Below are positions 1 to 17,840 of a stretch of 64,000 nt of DNA, piece by piece. The stretch lies in assembly GCF_009914755.1 (NCBI RefSeq), contig NC_060929.1; one strand, given 5' to 3'. Positions within the stretch are counted from its first letter, which is position 1, and the number at the start of each line of letters is the position of its first letter. The notes beneath the pieces were generated by a model. It saw only the letters and a list, made by a program, of their open reading frames with translations, did no database searches and was not told where the DNA came from. A program made the position numbers and the translations under genes. The DNA comes from the human T2T-CHM13v2.0 reference genome, Homo sapiens.

Positions 1-424
1 ATGGAAGCAACCTAAATGCCCATCAGTGACAGAGTGGATAAAGAAAATGTAGTATGCATACAGCATGCAGCCATAAAAAAGAATGAGATCATGTCTTTTG
101 CTGGAACATAGATAGAGCTGGAGGCCATTATCCTTAGCAAACTAACACAGGAATAGAAAGCCAAATACTGCATGTTGTCATTTATAAGTGGGGGCTAAAT
201 GATGAGAACATGTGGACACACAGAGGGGAACAACGCACACTGGGGTCTATCAGAGTGTGGAGGTTGGAAGGAGGGAGACTATCAGGAAAAATAACTAATG
301 GGTACTAGACTTAAAATTTAGGTGATGAAATAATCTGTACAACAAAACCCCATGATGCAAGTTTTTACCTGTGTAAAACACCTGCACATGTACCCCAAAC
401 TTAAAATAAAAGTTAAAAAAAAAT
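1..424 (+). mobile_element. LINE-1 3' end (older primate L1, L1PA13-16/L1PB-like), cut by the window edge
   Basis: ORF2 C-terminal and 3'UTR motifs (CAACCTAAATGCCCATCAGTG, GAGGCCATTATCCTTAGCAAACTAAC, CTGCACATGTACCCC) ending in AAATAAAAGTTAAAAAAAAA. Confidence 0.9.
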
Positions 425-1465
425 AAGCACTTCTTATAATTTCATTGCCAGGAATGGTGACTATACTTTGAGAAATATTTTATATTATAAGTATGATAGA
501 ACTTTGGAAACCTCAAAACCTGTGCCTACTTTCAAAATTTTATTAATTATGAAATGCATACTTAAAATGTTTGTTCACTGAGCAATGATTAGCTATTTGT
601 CTGCATCATTTATAATGTCTTTGTGAATAAACATTCTAACTTGTAGGCAATGCTTTGCATCTGTTATTTTGCAAATAAAAGAAAAATTTGTTTCTCATGA
701 CCACTATTAAATCTGTTGACTTAAAAAAGTACATATTTTTGTGATTCTCAACATCATATCAGACTTTTCTTTCTTGACACATGAAATTGAAATAATATCA
801 CTAATATTACAATTAATCATAGAGACATGGGGGTGGATGTTCAAGGACTTGAAAAGCTGTATCTCACACTGTCTAATATGTGAAAGCATTAGGTTGTCTT
901 TTAGGGAAATTACTTGTTATTATTCAGACATATCCCATCCACTTCAAAGTTGGTCCTAAGCAATGAGAAGTGAAAATTATTAAAATGAAGTTTGCATATA
1001 TTAGGTGCTCAGAGTACTAAATAAAACAATTTACTTTTACATCAGAAAATAGAATTCAACGACTTAACATTAAATGGTCCAAGGTCAATGTCACCAACAT
1101 ATAACTTGCAACAGACAGAATAAGAGATCAGGACATATGATTTAGTAGTAAGCTACTGTAGGAATATTCACTTGCAGAGTTTTGTTGTTTTGTTTTTTTT
1201 TTTTAGACTTTATGGGCCACATTTTTAGCTTGAGGGCCATACAAAAATGGGCCACAGACCGCATACTGCCCCTGATTATAATAAAAACATATGTCAAACT
1301 ATGAGTAAGATTGATTCCTGGTTTTAAACATTGTGTTAGTAATTTAGGTGACAACTTTTTTGGTTAGGGCAACTCTCCATTCGGCCACTTGATGGCAGCA
1401 TTTACTATGTGCTAACATTGAACTTCAATTTTTTTTTTTTTTTTTTTTTTTTTTCTCCTCTTTAG

Positions 1466-1905
1466 GTTGTTCAGCCTCGTTTAACATTGGTGGTGGAAAA
1501 AAGATTGATAGCAATGCAAATGTATTTATAACCACGAGAGATAGCCACCTTCCACCCCAATTAGCCTTTGCATTGATTTACTGAGGAAAAACATCTATTA
1601 CCGAAAAAGTCTTACAGATTAGTGTTGCATTATTTTGTTACAGTTGAAATATCTGTAGGAAAAGTGATCTCACAGATCTCATTTTAATCTAACCAAAAAT
1701 GTACTTTCCCCAATAATTAAAAAAAAAAAGATTTATCATTGAGAATGCAGCTCTGGTTCAGAATGCTATACTACAGCTTTTCCCCTTAAAGCTATATACT
1801 TAGTTATTTGAATATTTTTTAATAATGAGCTTGTGTCACATTTTAGGTCTTTAAAAAGAGATTTATTCATGAGCTGTTGCTTGAATAAAGCCATTGATCT
1901 ACCAA
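1466..1905 (+). other. Candidate 3'-terminal exon of an unidentified gene
   Basis: Long poly-T/pyrimidine tract ending CTCCTCTTTAG at 1465, with CTAAC/TTGAAC branch-like motifs upstream. Two short open frames (VVQPRLTLVVEKRLIAMQMYL* or CSASFNIGGGKKIDS...LIY*) and AATAAA at about 1884. Peptides not recognised. Confidence 0.35.
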
Positions 1906-2836
1906 AAAAATTTCCTATTTCTCAATTTCTTTGTGAGAATATAATTACGATCTGAATTAGTCTTTAAAAAAAATAAAAGAGCATACTGCTTCCTGAAATA
2001 CATTTTGTACCCCCCAAATAATGGAGCTGCAGCTGAGACTTTTCCTGCAGAAAAAAAAAAACTTACCAGTAATGATTCTATAAACATCCTGGCAACAACT
2101 TTCTAGGGGAGGGTTCACTAGGAGAACTCCCATTTGAGATTTACATGGAGCACAAATTGGTAAATTTATAAGGCGGTTACGATTTCGTGCTTTTGGCTTG
2201 AAAGGAGGGAATCATTTTTTTGTTTGTTTTTAAACCACCCCTTCTTCTCCTCTGGCCCCTTATTTCTCCCAAAAAAAATGGCATTTGGAAGAGTTTGGTG
2301 GCTTTACTTTCCTTTTTTTTTCTGCTCCATGATTGGAGAAGATTCCCATATTATAATATATTGCCATTTGAATTTATATGTCAGAGCAAGGTTAAAGTAC
2401 TCAACAGTAGAGTTGTAAAGGAGGCTCTTCTGGGGCCACTGGGCCTGTGTAAATGGCAAGAATGTAGCATGGGAAGTCTTGGACCATGAGTTTATATAAA
2501 TAACTTTGTGGGTGGATATAAATATTCTGGGGAGGCGATTCCAGCTCTGCTGTTTTCACAGGCTCAACTCTATTTTCCTGAGCTCTGTGTATGTTTACTT
2601 ACATACAATTGTATATTTCCTTCTGTTTATACACAGTTGGGTTTTCTGGCCCTATATAAGGAGATTTATGTTCCACACACATTCTTCCTATAGCTCATCT
2701 CACGCTAGTTAAACATTTTTTATAAAAGAAAACTAATGCAAGATTACCGTAGAAACCTTAGAAAATATGGATAAGTGAAAATAAATAAAAGCATATATCT
2801 TACCATGCTATTATTTGTTACAGTCTAGCACTCCCT

Positions 2837-2878
2837 CTATATATATGTATGCACACACACACATACATACACACACTT
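2837..2878. repeat. (TA)n/(CA)n microsatellite
   Basis: TATATATATGTATGCACACACACACATACATACACACAC. Confidence 0.8.
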
Positions 2879-4340
2879 ACAAATAAATACAAATCTATAT
2901 TATAAAAATTAGACCATGCACTAGTTTTGCACAGGTTTTTCCCAACCCAGCTGAATACAATTTCTATTGCTATACAATTCACTTCTATTCCTCTTCTTTT
3001 TAACACAAGAATATATTTCTTATTATGCTTCACCTTTATATTTCTTATTATGAGGAATACTACTTGGCTTGGATTCCTGGAAAAGATACTACCTGACTTG
3101 GACCCCTGGTATGATCGTGTCCCTGTGGGAATTCATACAGAGGACCCAACCACAGACGGCCTGATGACAACAGGGAATACTTTCAAAATTATATAGGAAG
3201 TTGAATGCTAGATTTGACAGGCTTAATTGCTGATATGTTCAGTTTCGAATGAAATCAATGTGGGAAAGAAAAAGGAAATAATAGCTCTGACAGCTTTCCC
3301 AATCTGCAGCATTTGCTGTCTGTAAAGTCTTGTTAAATTCTAGCCAGCAGTTTAGGAAGGAAAAGCTGAAGTGAATGCACCAGAGAGGGGCTGACTGTCC
3401 TTTTAGGAGAGGCTTGTTTTCAATCTGCCTGGTGCTCAGAGATATCGAGTGCCCACAGGACAATGCTGTCCCTCCCACTGGTGATGAAAGGTACTGGGAA
3501 CTTGTTACCTATAAATGCCAACTGTAAGTTGCAACAGCTTCAGCAACAGCTGTCTCGCCAATTACCCAGTGGTGTGTGTGTGTGCATTCCTGCATTCATG
3601 CACATTGTTTCATTTATGTTGACTCTTCTGGTTAGCATAGTCTAATCAAAGGCCAACCACTGGAACCTGGGTCAGTGTACCTGGCCTCCCAGTGTGTGGT
3701 GTCTGAATACAGGGACCTAGTTTGATTATAGTGAGATTTACTCCATTATCCTCAGCTGTATCTCATTTAAGGCTGGACAAAAAGGTCTCAGAAAAGCGAA
3801 TGAAGCATAGAAGTGCTGGTGGTTTGATATGAGGGTAGGAGTAGAGAAAATGTGAAAGTTATTGAGGCGTTCCTGCTTGTCAGAACATTTTGGGAGTCTC
3901 CCTAAATTCTGAAGCCAACTTAGGGTTGAGCAAGTTTGTTCAATGAGCTTGGTAAGCCCTGTAGCCTAAAGACTGGTTCTGGGTTTATAATAGTAGAGTG
4001 CTGTGTTTTTTTGTTGTTTTATTTGTTGTTGTTTTTTTTTTGTTTTATTTGTTGTTTTGCCATTTGCAAGTGTTGAACTCATGTGAATTTTTTATCTGTT
4101 CAATAAAAAATTACCCAGAGAGTTGAAATTGGCATTGATTTTTAATTTCTACAGAAGTTATTACAGATATATATCAGTGTCAATTAAAACAGTTTCATTG
4201 CGTACTACATATAGGAAATCAAATTTCATAATTGCATTTAGCATATGGGCAGTAGTACTGATTTCAGAGATTAAAGGTCATTGGTGATTAGGCTCTGAGT
4301 TTAAATAAAATTACATTATATTTTTTCCTCTTCCTCCTAG

Positions 4341-4820
<480 letters not shown>

Positions 4821-5009
4821 TAAGTTTTAGGGTACATGTGCACAATGTGCAGGTTTGTTACATATGTATACATGTGCCATGTTGGTGTGCTGCACCCATT
4901 AACTCGTCATTTAGCATTAGGTATATCTCCTAATGCTATCCCTCCCCCCTCCCCCCACCCCACAACAGTCCCCGGTGTCTGATATTCCCCTTCCTGTGTC
5001 CATGTGTTC

Positions 5010-8846
<3,837 letters not shown>

Positions 8847-8894
8847 TTATTTTGCTCGTTAGTTAATGCAGTTTCTTCCTAGCCTTCATGGTCT

Positions 8895-9908
8895 TCACAA
8901 TTTGGCATGTTTTTGCAGTGGCTGGTACTGGTTGTTCCTTTCCATGTTTAGTCCTTCCTTCAGGAGCTCTTTTAGGGCAGGCCTGGTGGTGAAAAAATCT
9001 CAGCATTTGCTTGTCTGTAAAGTATTTTATTTCTCCTTCACTTACGAAGTTTAGTTTGGCTGGATATGAAATTCTGGGCTGAAAATTCTTTTCTTTAAGA
9101 ATGTTGAATATTGGCCCCCACTCTCTTCTGGCTTGTAGAGTTTCTGCCTAGAGATCAGCTGTTAGTCTGATGGGCTTCCCTTTGTGGGTAACCCGACCTT
9201 TCTCTCTGGCTGCCCTTAACTTTTTTTCCTTCATTTCAACTTTGGTGAATCTACCAATTATGTGTCTTGGAGTTGCTCTTCTCGAGGAGTATCTTTGTGG
9301 CATTCTCTGTATTTCCGGAATTTGAATGTTGGCCTGCCTTGCTAGATTGGGGAAGTTCTCCTGGATAATATCCTGCAGAGTGTTTTCCAACTTGGTTCCA
9401 TTCTCCCCGTCACTTTCAGGTACACCCATTAGACATAGATTTGGTCTTTTCACATAGTCCCATATTTCTTGGAGGCTTTGTTCATTTCTTTTTATTCTTT
9501 TTTCTCTAAACTTCTCTTCATGCTTCATTTCATTCATTTCGTCTTCCATTACTGACACCCTTTCTTCCAGTTGATCGCATGGTTACTGAGGCTTGTGCAT
9601 TCGTCACGTAGTTCTCATGCCTTGGTTTTCAGCTCCATCAGGTCCTTTAAGGACTTCTCTGCATTGGTTATTCTAGTTATCCGTTCGTCTAATTTTTTTT
9701 CAAAGTTTTTAGCTTCTTTGCCATTGGCTTGAACTTCCTCCTTTAGCTCGGAGTAGTTTGACCTTCTGAAGCCTTCTTCTCTCAACTCGTCAGAGTCGTT
9801 CTCTGTCCAGCTTTGTTCTGTTGCTGGTGAGGAGCTGTGTCCCTTTGGAGGAGGAGAGGTGCTCTGATTTTTAGAGTTTCTGGTTTTTCTGCTCTGTTTT
9901 TTCCCCAT
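8895..9908 (-). pseudogene. L1 ORF1 (RNA-binding/chaperone protein), disrupted
   Basis: MGKKQSRK start; EIWDYVKRPNL and QENFPNLARQ motifs; stops at 9615 and 9148 and a frameshift between the two fragments. Confidence 0.95.
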
Positions 9909-10936
9909 CTTTGTGGTTTTATCTACCTTTGGTCTTTGATGATGGTGATGTACAGATGGGGTTTTGGTGTGGATGGCCTTTCTGTTTGTTAGTTTTCCTT
10001 CTAACAGTCAGGACCCTCAGCTGCAGGTCTGTTGGAGTTTGCTGGAGATCCACTCCAGACCCTCTTTGCCTGGGTATCAGCAGCAGTGGCTGCAGAACAG
10101 CGGATATTGGTGAACTGCAAATGCTGCTGCCTGATCGTTCCTCTGGAAGTTTTGTCTCAGAGGAGTACCTGGCTGTGTTAGGTGTCAGTCCGCCCCTACG
10201 GGGGGTGTCTTCCAGTTAGGCTGCTTGGGGGTCAGGGACCCACTTGAGGAGGCAGTCTGCCGGTTCTCAGATCTCAAGCTGCGTGCTGGGAGAACCACTA
10301 CTCTCTTCAAAGCTGTCAGACAGGGACATTTAAGTCTGCAGAGTTTATTGCTGTCTTTTGTTTGTCTGTGCTTTGCCCCCAGAGGTGGAGCCTACAGAGG
10401 CAGGCAGGCCTCCTTGAGCTGTGGTGGACTCCACCCAGTTCGAGCTTCCTGGCTGCTTTGTTTACCTGCTCAAGCTTGGGCAATTGCGGGCACCCCTACC
10501 CCAGCCTCACTGCTGCCTTGCAGTTTGATCTCAGAATGCTGTGCTAGCAATGAGCGAGGCTCTGTGGGCATAGGACCCTCTGAGCCAGGTGTGGGATATA
10601 ATCTCCTGGTGTGCCGTTTGTTAAGCCCATTGGAAAAGCGCAATGTTAAGGTGGGAGTGACCCGATTTTCCAGGTGCCGTCTGTTACCCCTTTCTTTGAC
10701 TAGGAAAGGGAATTCCCTGACCCCTTGTGCTTCCCGGGTGAGGCGATGCCTCGCCCTGCTTTGGCTCACACATGGTGTGCTGCACCCACTGTCCTGCACC
10801 CACTGTCTGGCACTCCCCAGTGGGATGAACCCAGTACCTCAGTTGGAAATGCAGAAATCACCCATCTTCTGTGTCGCTCACGCTGGGAACTGTAGATTGG
10901 AGCTGTTCCTATTCTGCCATCTTGGCTCCACCCTCC
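9909..10936 (-). promoter_or_regulatory. L1 5'UTR internal promoter with antisense promoter/ORF0 region
   Basis: YY1 site CAAGATGGC near the 5' end; ORF0-homologous antisense frame; 129-bp segment that L1HS lacks at about 10037-10165; many CpGs decayed. Confidence 0.8.
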
Positions 10937-11929
10937 GTATCATTGTTTTAACAGTGAGAACAATCATACCAATATGAGTAATAAAAAACAAATGGGCACT
11001 TTGGCTTTGATTTACAAAAATTCACAATAGTTTTCATTTATTATTATATGATAACTTAAATAAAACAGCATTTGCAAATTTATGTTTCCATCACTGAAGT
11101 TGCTTTGTAGGATTCTTCCTCTAAGTTCTGTTTCCCATCTTGCATTTTCAATTCTGCATCCTCCTGTCATCAATACCATCACTACTAAGTTTGTAGTTTC
11201 TGGGAATTTTGCTTCTTTTCTAGTGTGTTCCAGTAAGGAAAAAAAATCAGTTTATTCTCAAGCTGTAATCAGTGGTCTGAAAGAGTTCTTGTTCTCACTG
11301 TGTCATCTTGTATATGTCAGTTCTCCAGGCCAAGCCTTTCTCAATTGCAAAATGAGGGCAATGAACTATTTTATTTCTATGGTCACTTTTAACACTAAAC
11401 CACACAAAATCATGTGATTCTAAGTTTAGTTTCATTGCCCCTATAAAAAATTTTTGAAAGAGTTCACTTGGCTTTCCCTTTATTTTTTAACCACAACCAC
11501 CACAAAACAAGTAAATATAGGAAGTTCTGTCACAGCATGCATTTTTATCAATAGAAGTGTTTTTGTTTTCTTGGGAAACATGATTTATTTAGGGAGAATG
11601 CTATTTGTCATGATGTGGTGACCCCTGGGAAGATAGCTGTTGCATGGGCAACTCAGACACTTTGAAGTTCTAATGATTTGTCCATCATAATAATGGTGAT
11701 AACAATGACATGATTTAGGTACTAAATATGTATAAGAGGGCCAGACAAATGAAAATACTGGTCATAATAAGAAAGAAACCCCATTGGTCTTGAGCGCTAT
11801 CTACATGTAAAAAAAATTCATTTGCTTTATTATATTTTGAACTTATATCTACAGAAAAAATGTTTATAACCAAAGTGTCTGGAGAACATTAGCATTATTA
11901 ATCTATGTCTAAAGGCCTTTAGTAGAGAA

Positions 11930-13075
11930 CAAAATTAAGAACTGATTTGAAAAGATTTATGAGAGACAAACCTCTATGGAGACTGATCTAGATTAGACAA
12001 TAAGAGAGAGAGAAAAAATAAAGTACAGAAAAAATTGCCCAAGTACAGAAAAAATTGCCAAATAATTACAGATAGCACAGGGTTTAAAATAAGAAAAATA
12101 TTATAAAAAATATATACAGACAGTTCAAAGCATAGATGAAATGAGTGATTTCTGAAAATGCTAAAATTGATCTGAGGAAAAAGAAAGAAGATAAATAGAC
12201 CAATAATCATTAAAAAAAAAAAACAGCAAAAGAGATCAAAGAATTTCCCCTGGAAAATCTCATAGATGATAGAAGAATTTTACCAAAAAATTAAGTAATA
12301 GAATATCTCCGTATTATCCAGATAATTATAGAAAATATAAAAAAGAAAGGCATCCAACTCATTTATAAGCTACTATAACCTTGGTTACAAATCCAAATGA
12401 AAATACAAGAAATAAAATCATAAGGCTATTTCACTTATAAACCTAGATGATAACTTCCAAAAATCCAAGGAATATAGTTCTGAAAAAAAAATAGACTTCA
12501 TCAAATTGAAAAATGCCTTCTGTGTGTATTACACATATTTAACCACAGAACTGGGACTAAAACAAATGTGGTGATTAGAATAACAACACAGTATATATAT
12601 GTATTTACTCTAATGATGTGGAAATGACACAAGAAGCAAAGTTAGAGAGGAAGGAGAGAAGGGGTTGCAGAAAAGTTAGCATGCTAAAGACTTTATTTCT
12701 AATTGCTAATAGTCGAAGGTTATTTAAAATTTACAAATAAAGAATCATATGGATGCTTAAGATTTAAGATATAAAGACAAGCATGCAAGACTTGCGCACT
12801 ACAAACTACAAATATTATTGAAAATAAAAAAATAAAATGTATTTAAGTGGAAAAACATCCCATGTCCCCATGTCTATGGACTTAATCTTGTTGTAATGGC
12901 AGCATTCCCCAACTGATCTACAGATTGAATATTATACTTATAAAAATCTTACCTGGTATTTTTGTTTTGTTTTTCTCCTGGAAGTAGACTGGCCAGTCTT
13001 AAAATTTATGTGAAATTACAGGAAACTCTGAATAGCTATAGCTATCTTGAAAAAGAAGAATTGGGAGGACTCATA
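11930..13075 (+). mobile_element. Highly diverged L1M ORF2 fragments
   Basis: A-rich L1 ORF2-like stretches (AAATAGACCAATAATCATTAAA, TGGAAAAACATCCCATGTC, CTGATCTACAGATTGAAT). Confidence 0.6.
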
Positions 13076-14705
13076 CAAAAGACTTAATATTCATGTCATT
13101 GGAGTTCTGAAAGGAGAGGAGAAAGGAAACAATAAAAGAAGGAGCTCTGGAACATCAGGAAGATAAAAAGAATATGATCAGCAAAAATATGGTTAAAAAC
13201 AATAAGCATTCTTTCTCTTTTGAATTTTCTCAAGTATGCTTGATGATTGAAGCAAAAATTATGTAACAGTTTCATATGGTTCTAAATATATGTAAAAGAA
13301 ACACAAGATAATTATATAATAAATGGGGGAGGGTGAGTGAGGTAAGGTTTCTGTATTTCACTTGACCTGGTGAAATGACAATACCAGTAGACTCTGGTAT
13401 ATATATGTTCTAGTGTAGTGGAATAACCACTAGAAAGGTTATACAAAGTTGATACATTCAAAATGCTATAACTAAATCAAATGGAATTCTCAAAATTATC
13501 CAAGTAATTTTCAGGAAAGCAGGGGAAAAAAACCCCAGAGAAATGAAGAACAGATAAAACAGAAAACAAAAAAATTAAAATGACAGATGTAAGTCATAAT
13601 ATAGCAATAATTACATTAAATGCAAATACTCTGAATACACAAATTAAAAGGGATTGAAAGTGTGGATTAAAAAATCTCACCCCATTCTAAGTTGTCAATA
13701 AAGAAACTCACTTCAAATATAATAATATAGTCATGGTGAAGGCAAAAGGATAGAAAAAGATATACGATATGAAGATCAATTGAAGGAAAGCAGATGTGTC
13801 TATATTAATATGAGATAAAGTAGACTTGAGAGCAAAGAAAATTGTGAGAGACAGATAGTGTCATGTAATGATAGAAATGTCATTTCACCATGGAGATGTG
13901 GCAATCCTAAATGTGAATGCACAGAACAAAAGAGTTGAAAATATGTGAATTAAAACTAATAGAACTGAAAGGAGAAATGTACACAATTACTGTTAGAGAC
14001 TTTAATGTTACTCTCTCAACAATGATAGAACAACTAGACAGAAATCAGAGAGAATATAGAATAGCTAAAAAAAATCTCTATTAATCAATTATATCTGATC
14101 AATGTGTATAGAACACTCCACCTAACAATATCAGAATCCACATTTTCTCTAGTGCCCACAGAACATATACTAAGATAAATTATATCCTGGGCCATTAAAA
14201 CATTTGAACTAAATTTGGAAAGAATTGAAATTATACAGACAGTGTCCTCTAACCACAATGAAATTAAAGCAGAAATAAATGCCAGAAAGACAGCAGAAGG
14301 ATCTCCAAACACTTGTAAACTAAATGAGATGTTTCTAGATAATCCATGGGTCAAAGAGGAAGTCTCAAAGAAATAAACATATATACTGAACTGAAAGAAA
14401 ATAAAATTAAACATATCAAAATTTGTGGCATATAGTTATATCAGTACTGAGAAAAAAACTTACAGTACTAAACGCATACTTTAGAAAAGAGGAGAGTTTC
14501 AAATCAATAATCTAAGCTCTCACATGAAAACTCTAGAAAAAGAAAAGCAAAATAAGCCCACAGGAAACAGAAGGAAGGAATAAATAAAACTAAGAGAAGA
14601 AATCAATGAAGTTGAAACCAGAAAAGCAATAGAGAAAATTAATAAAATAAAGACATAGTTCTTTGAAAAGGTCAATAAAAACGATACACTTCTAGCAAGA
14701 CCAAC

Positions 14706-17700
14706 TTTGTCTGGATTCTTCAGAGAAACAGAACCAATAGAATGTGAAGACATAAAGATATAAATAGAGAAAGAGAGAGAGGTTTTATTTCTCTTGTGAG
14801 AATTAGCTCATGTGATCATTAAGGCTTGCAACTTCAAAATCTGCAGGGTAGGATGGCAGGCTGGAGACCTAGGAAAGAGCTGATGTTGCAGTTCAAGTCT
14901 GAAGGCCATCTACTGGCAGAATTCTCTCTTGCTCAGGATAGATCAGTCTTTTGTTCTATTCAGGTCTTCTACTGATTGGATGAGGCCCACTCACATTCTG
15001 GAGGGCAATCTGCTTTACTCAAAGCCCACTAATGTAAAATGTTAATCTCTAAGCTCTGAAATTGAATTAGTAATAAAAAAAACCTACCAACTAAAAAAGC
15101 CCTTGACCAGGTGAATTCACAGCCAAATTATACCAGATGTACAAAAAAAAAAAAAAAACAAAAAAAAAAAACAACAAAACAAAAACTGGTACCAACCCTA
15201 CTGAAACTATTCCAAAAAATCAAGGAGGAAGGGCTCCTTTCTAACTCATTCTATGAAGCCAGCATCATCCTGATACCAAAATCTAACAGAGACACAACAG
15301 AAAAAGAAAACTTCAGGCCAATATGCTTGATGAACACGACACAAAAATCCTCAACCAAAACAAAACAAAACAAAAAACTAGCCAGCTGAATCCAACAGCA
15401 CATCAAAAAGTTAATTCACCACAATCAAATAGACTTTATTCTTGGAATGCAAGGTTGGTTCAATATATGCAAATCAATAAATGTGATTCACTACATCAAC
15501 AGAATCAGAAACAAAAAACTTATGACGATTTCAATAGATGTGGAAAAAGCCTTTGATAAAATCTAACATCCCTTCATGATAAAAATCCTCAATAGGCTAG
15601 GCATAGAAGGAACACAAAATAATAAGAGCCATCTATGAGAAACCCACAGCAACATCATAGTGAAATGGCAAAAACTGGAAGCATTCTCCTTGGGAACTGG
15701 AACAAAAGAAGAATGCCCACTTTCTCCTATTCAACAGAGTACTAGAAGTTCTAGCACAAGCAATCAGGCAAAAGAAAGAAATAAAAGGCATCCAAATAGG
15801 AAAAGAATTTAGACTATCTCTACTTGCTGACAACATGATTGTACACCTAGAGAACCCTAACAACTCTGCCAAAAGGCTCCTGGAGCTGGAAAATGATTTC
15901 AATAAAGTTTCAAGATACAAAATTAATGTACAAAAACCAGTAGCATTTCTATACACCAATAACATTCTAGCTGAGAGCCAAATCAAGAACACAATCCCAC
16001 TTACAATAATGTCACATAAAACGAAATACTTAGGAATACATCCAACTAAGGAGGTGAAATATCTTTACAAGGAGAGCTATGAAATACTGCTGAAAGAAAT
16101 CACATTTGACACAAATAAATGGAAAAATATTCCATGCTCATGGATTAGAAGAGTAAATATTGTTAAAATGGCCATACTACCTAAAGCAATGTATAGATTC
16201 AATGCTATCCCTATCAAAATACTGTGCCATTTTTCACAGTTGAAAAAAGTATTCTAGAATTCATATGGAACAAAAAAAGAGACTGAATAGCCAAAGGACT
16301 CTTAAGCAAAAAGAATAAAGCCAGAGACATCACATTACCCAACTTCAGATTATACTGTAAGACTACAGTAACCAAAATAGCATTGTCCTGGTACAAAAAC
16401 AGACACATAGACCAATGGAATAGGTTAGAGAATTCAGAAATAAAGCTGCGCAACTACAGCCAGCCGATCTTTGACAAAGTTGACAAAAATAAGCATTGGA
16501 GAAAGGACTCCCTATTCAAAAAATGGTGCTGGGATACCTGGCTAGCCATATGCAGAAGAAAGAAACTAGACCACTACATTTCATCCCATACAAAAATTGA
16601 CCCCAAGTGGATTAAAGATTTAAGTGTAAGACATCAAACTATAAAAATCCTAGAAGAAAGCCTGGGACATACACTTTTCAATATCAGATTTGGCAAAGAA
16701 CTTATGACTGAGTCCCTGAAAGCAACTGCAACAAAAACAAAAATTGACAAGTAGGACCTAATCAGACTTAAGAATTTCTGCCCAGTCAAATAAATTATCA
16801 ACAGGGTAAACCCCTACAGAATGGAAGAAAACATTCACAAACTGTGCCTCTGACAAAGTTCTAATATCCAGAATCTACAAGGAACTTAAATAAATTAAAA
16901 AAAACCCAAAACAAAGAAAACAAAACAAAACCAATTAAAAATGGGCAAAGGACATGAACAGACACTTGTCAAAAGAAGATGTACAAGTGGTCAAGAAACA
17001 TATGAAAAAATTCTCAACATCACTAATCATTAGAGAAATGCAAATCAAAACCACAAGGAGAGACCATCTCACGTGAGTCAGAATGGCTATTATTAAAAAG
17101 TCAAAGAATATCAATGCAGAGAAGAGGAATGCAAATTAGTTCAGACACTGTGGAAAGCAGTTTGGAGATTTCTCAAAGAACTTGAAACAGAACTACTATT
17201 TATTCCAGCAATTCCATTACTGGGTATATGTCCAAAGGAAAATAAATCATTATACCAAAAAGACACATGCACTTGTATGTTCATTGCCACACTATTCAGG
17301 AAAGCAAATACATGTTATCAACCTAGGTGTTCATCCGTAGTGTAATGGACAGAGAAAATGTGGTACAGATATACCATGGAATAAAAAAATAAAATCATAT
17401 CCTTTGTGGCAACATGGATGTAACTGGAGGCCATTATCCTAAGGAAATTAACATAGGAACAGAAAACCAAATACTACATGTTCTTACCTATAAGTGGGAG
17501 CAAAACATTTAATACACATGGATACAAAGATGGGAATAATAGACACTGGGGACTACTAGAGGGGAGAGGTGGGAGAGGGTTTGTGCTGAAATATTACCTA
17601 TTGGGTACTATGCCCACTAACTAGGGGATAGGACCATCTATACCCCAAATCTCAACATTATGCAATATACCCATATAACGAACATTTACATGTACCCACT

Positions 17701-17840
17701 GAATCCAAAATTTAGAAAAAAATTAAATTAAATGTTAATCTCATTCAAAATCACCTTCCCAGAAATACCCACAATCATGTTTGACCAAATATCTGGGTAC
17801 CATGGCCCACCCAAGTTGACACATAAAACTTACCATCACA
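14706..17840 (-). mobile_element. MLT2B-like ERVL solo LTR split into 14706-15049 and 17730-17840
   Basis: TTCTTCAGAGAAACAGAACCAATAG...GATTGGATGAGGCCCAC...GGAGGGCAATCTGCTTTACTCAAAG, resuming ...CAAGTTGACACATAAAACTTACCATCACA. Confidence 0.88.
15050..17729 (+). mobile_element. 5'-truncated L1PB-like LINE-1
   Basis: ORF2 RT/C-terminal peptides (15835-16257, 16383-16754) and L1PB-type 3'UTR; 13-bp TSD AAATGTTAATCTC at 15037-15049 and 17730-17742. Confidence 0.92.

Noticed and set aside
2927-3196. ORF with a protein-like C-terminal half (LEKILPDLDPWYDRVPVG...)
   Set aside because: No recognisable homology, non-ATG start and no convincing flanking splice sites
3457-3472. Palindrome AGGACA-atgc-TGTCCT resembling a steroid response element
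   Set aside because: The spacer is 4 nt rather than the 3 nt of a GRE/ARE, and a single short motif is not significant
4940-4962. G-quadruplex-forming tract on the minus strand
   Set aside because: Standard feature of L1PA 3'UTRs and not specific to this locus
12021-12060. 20-bp tandem duplication AAGTACAGAAAAAATTGCC (similar cases at 20041-20088 and 25495-25542)
   Set aside because: Ordinary two-copy slippage duplications inside dead repeats; no spacer structure, so not CRISPR-like
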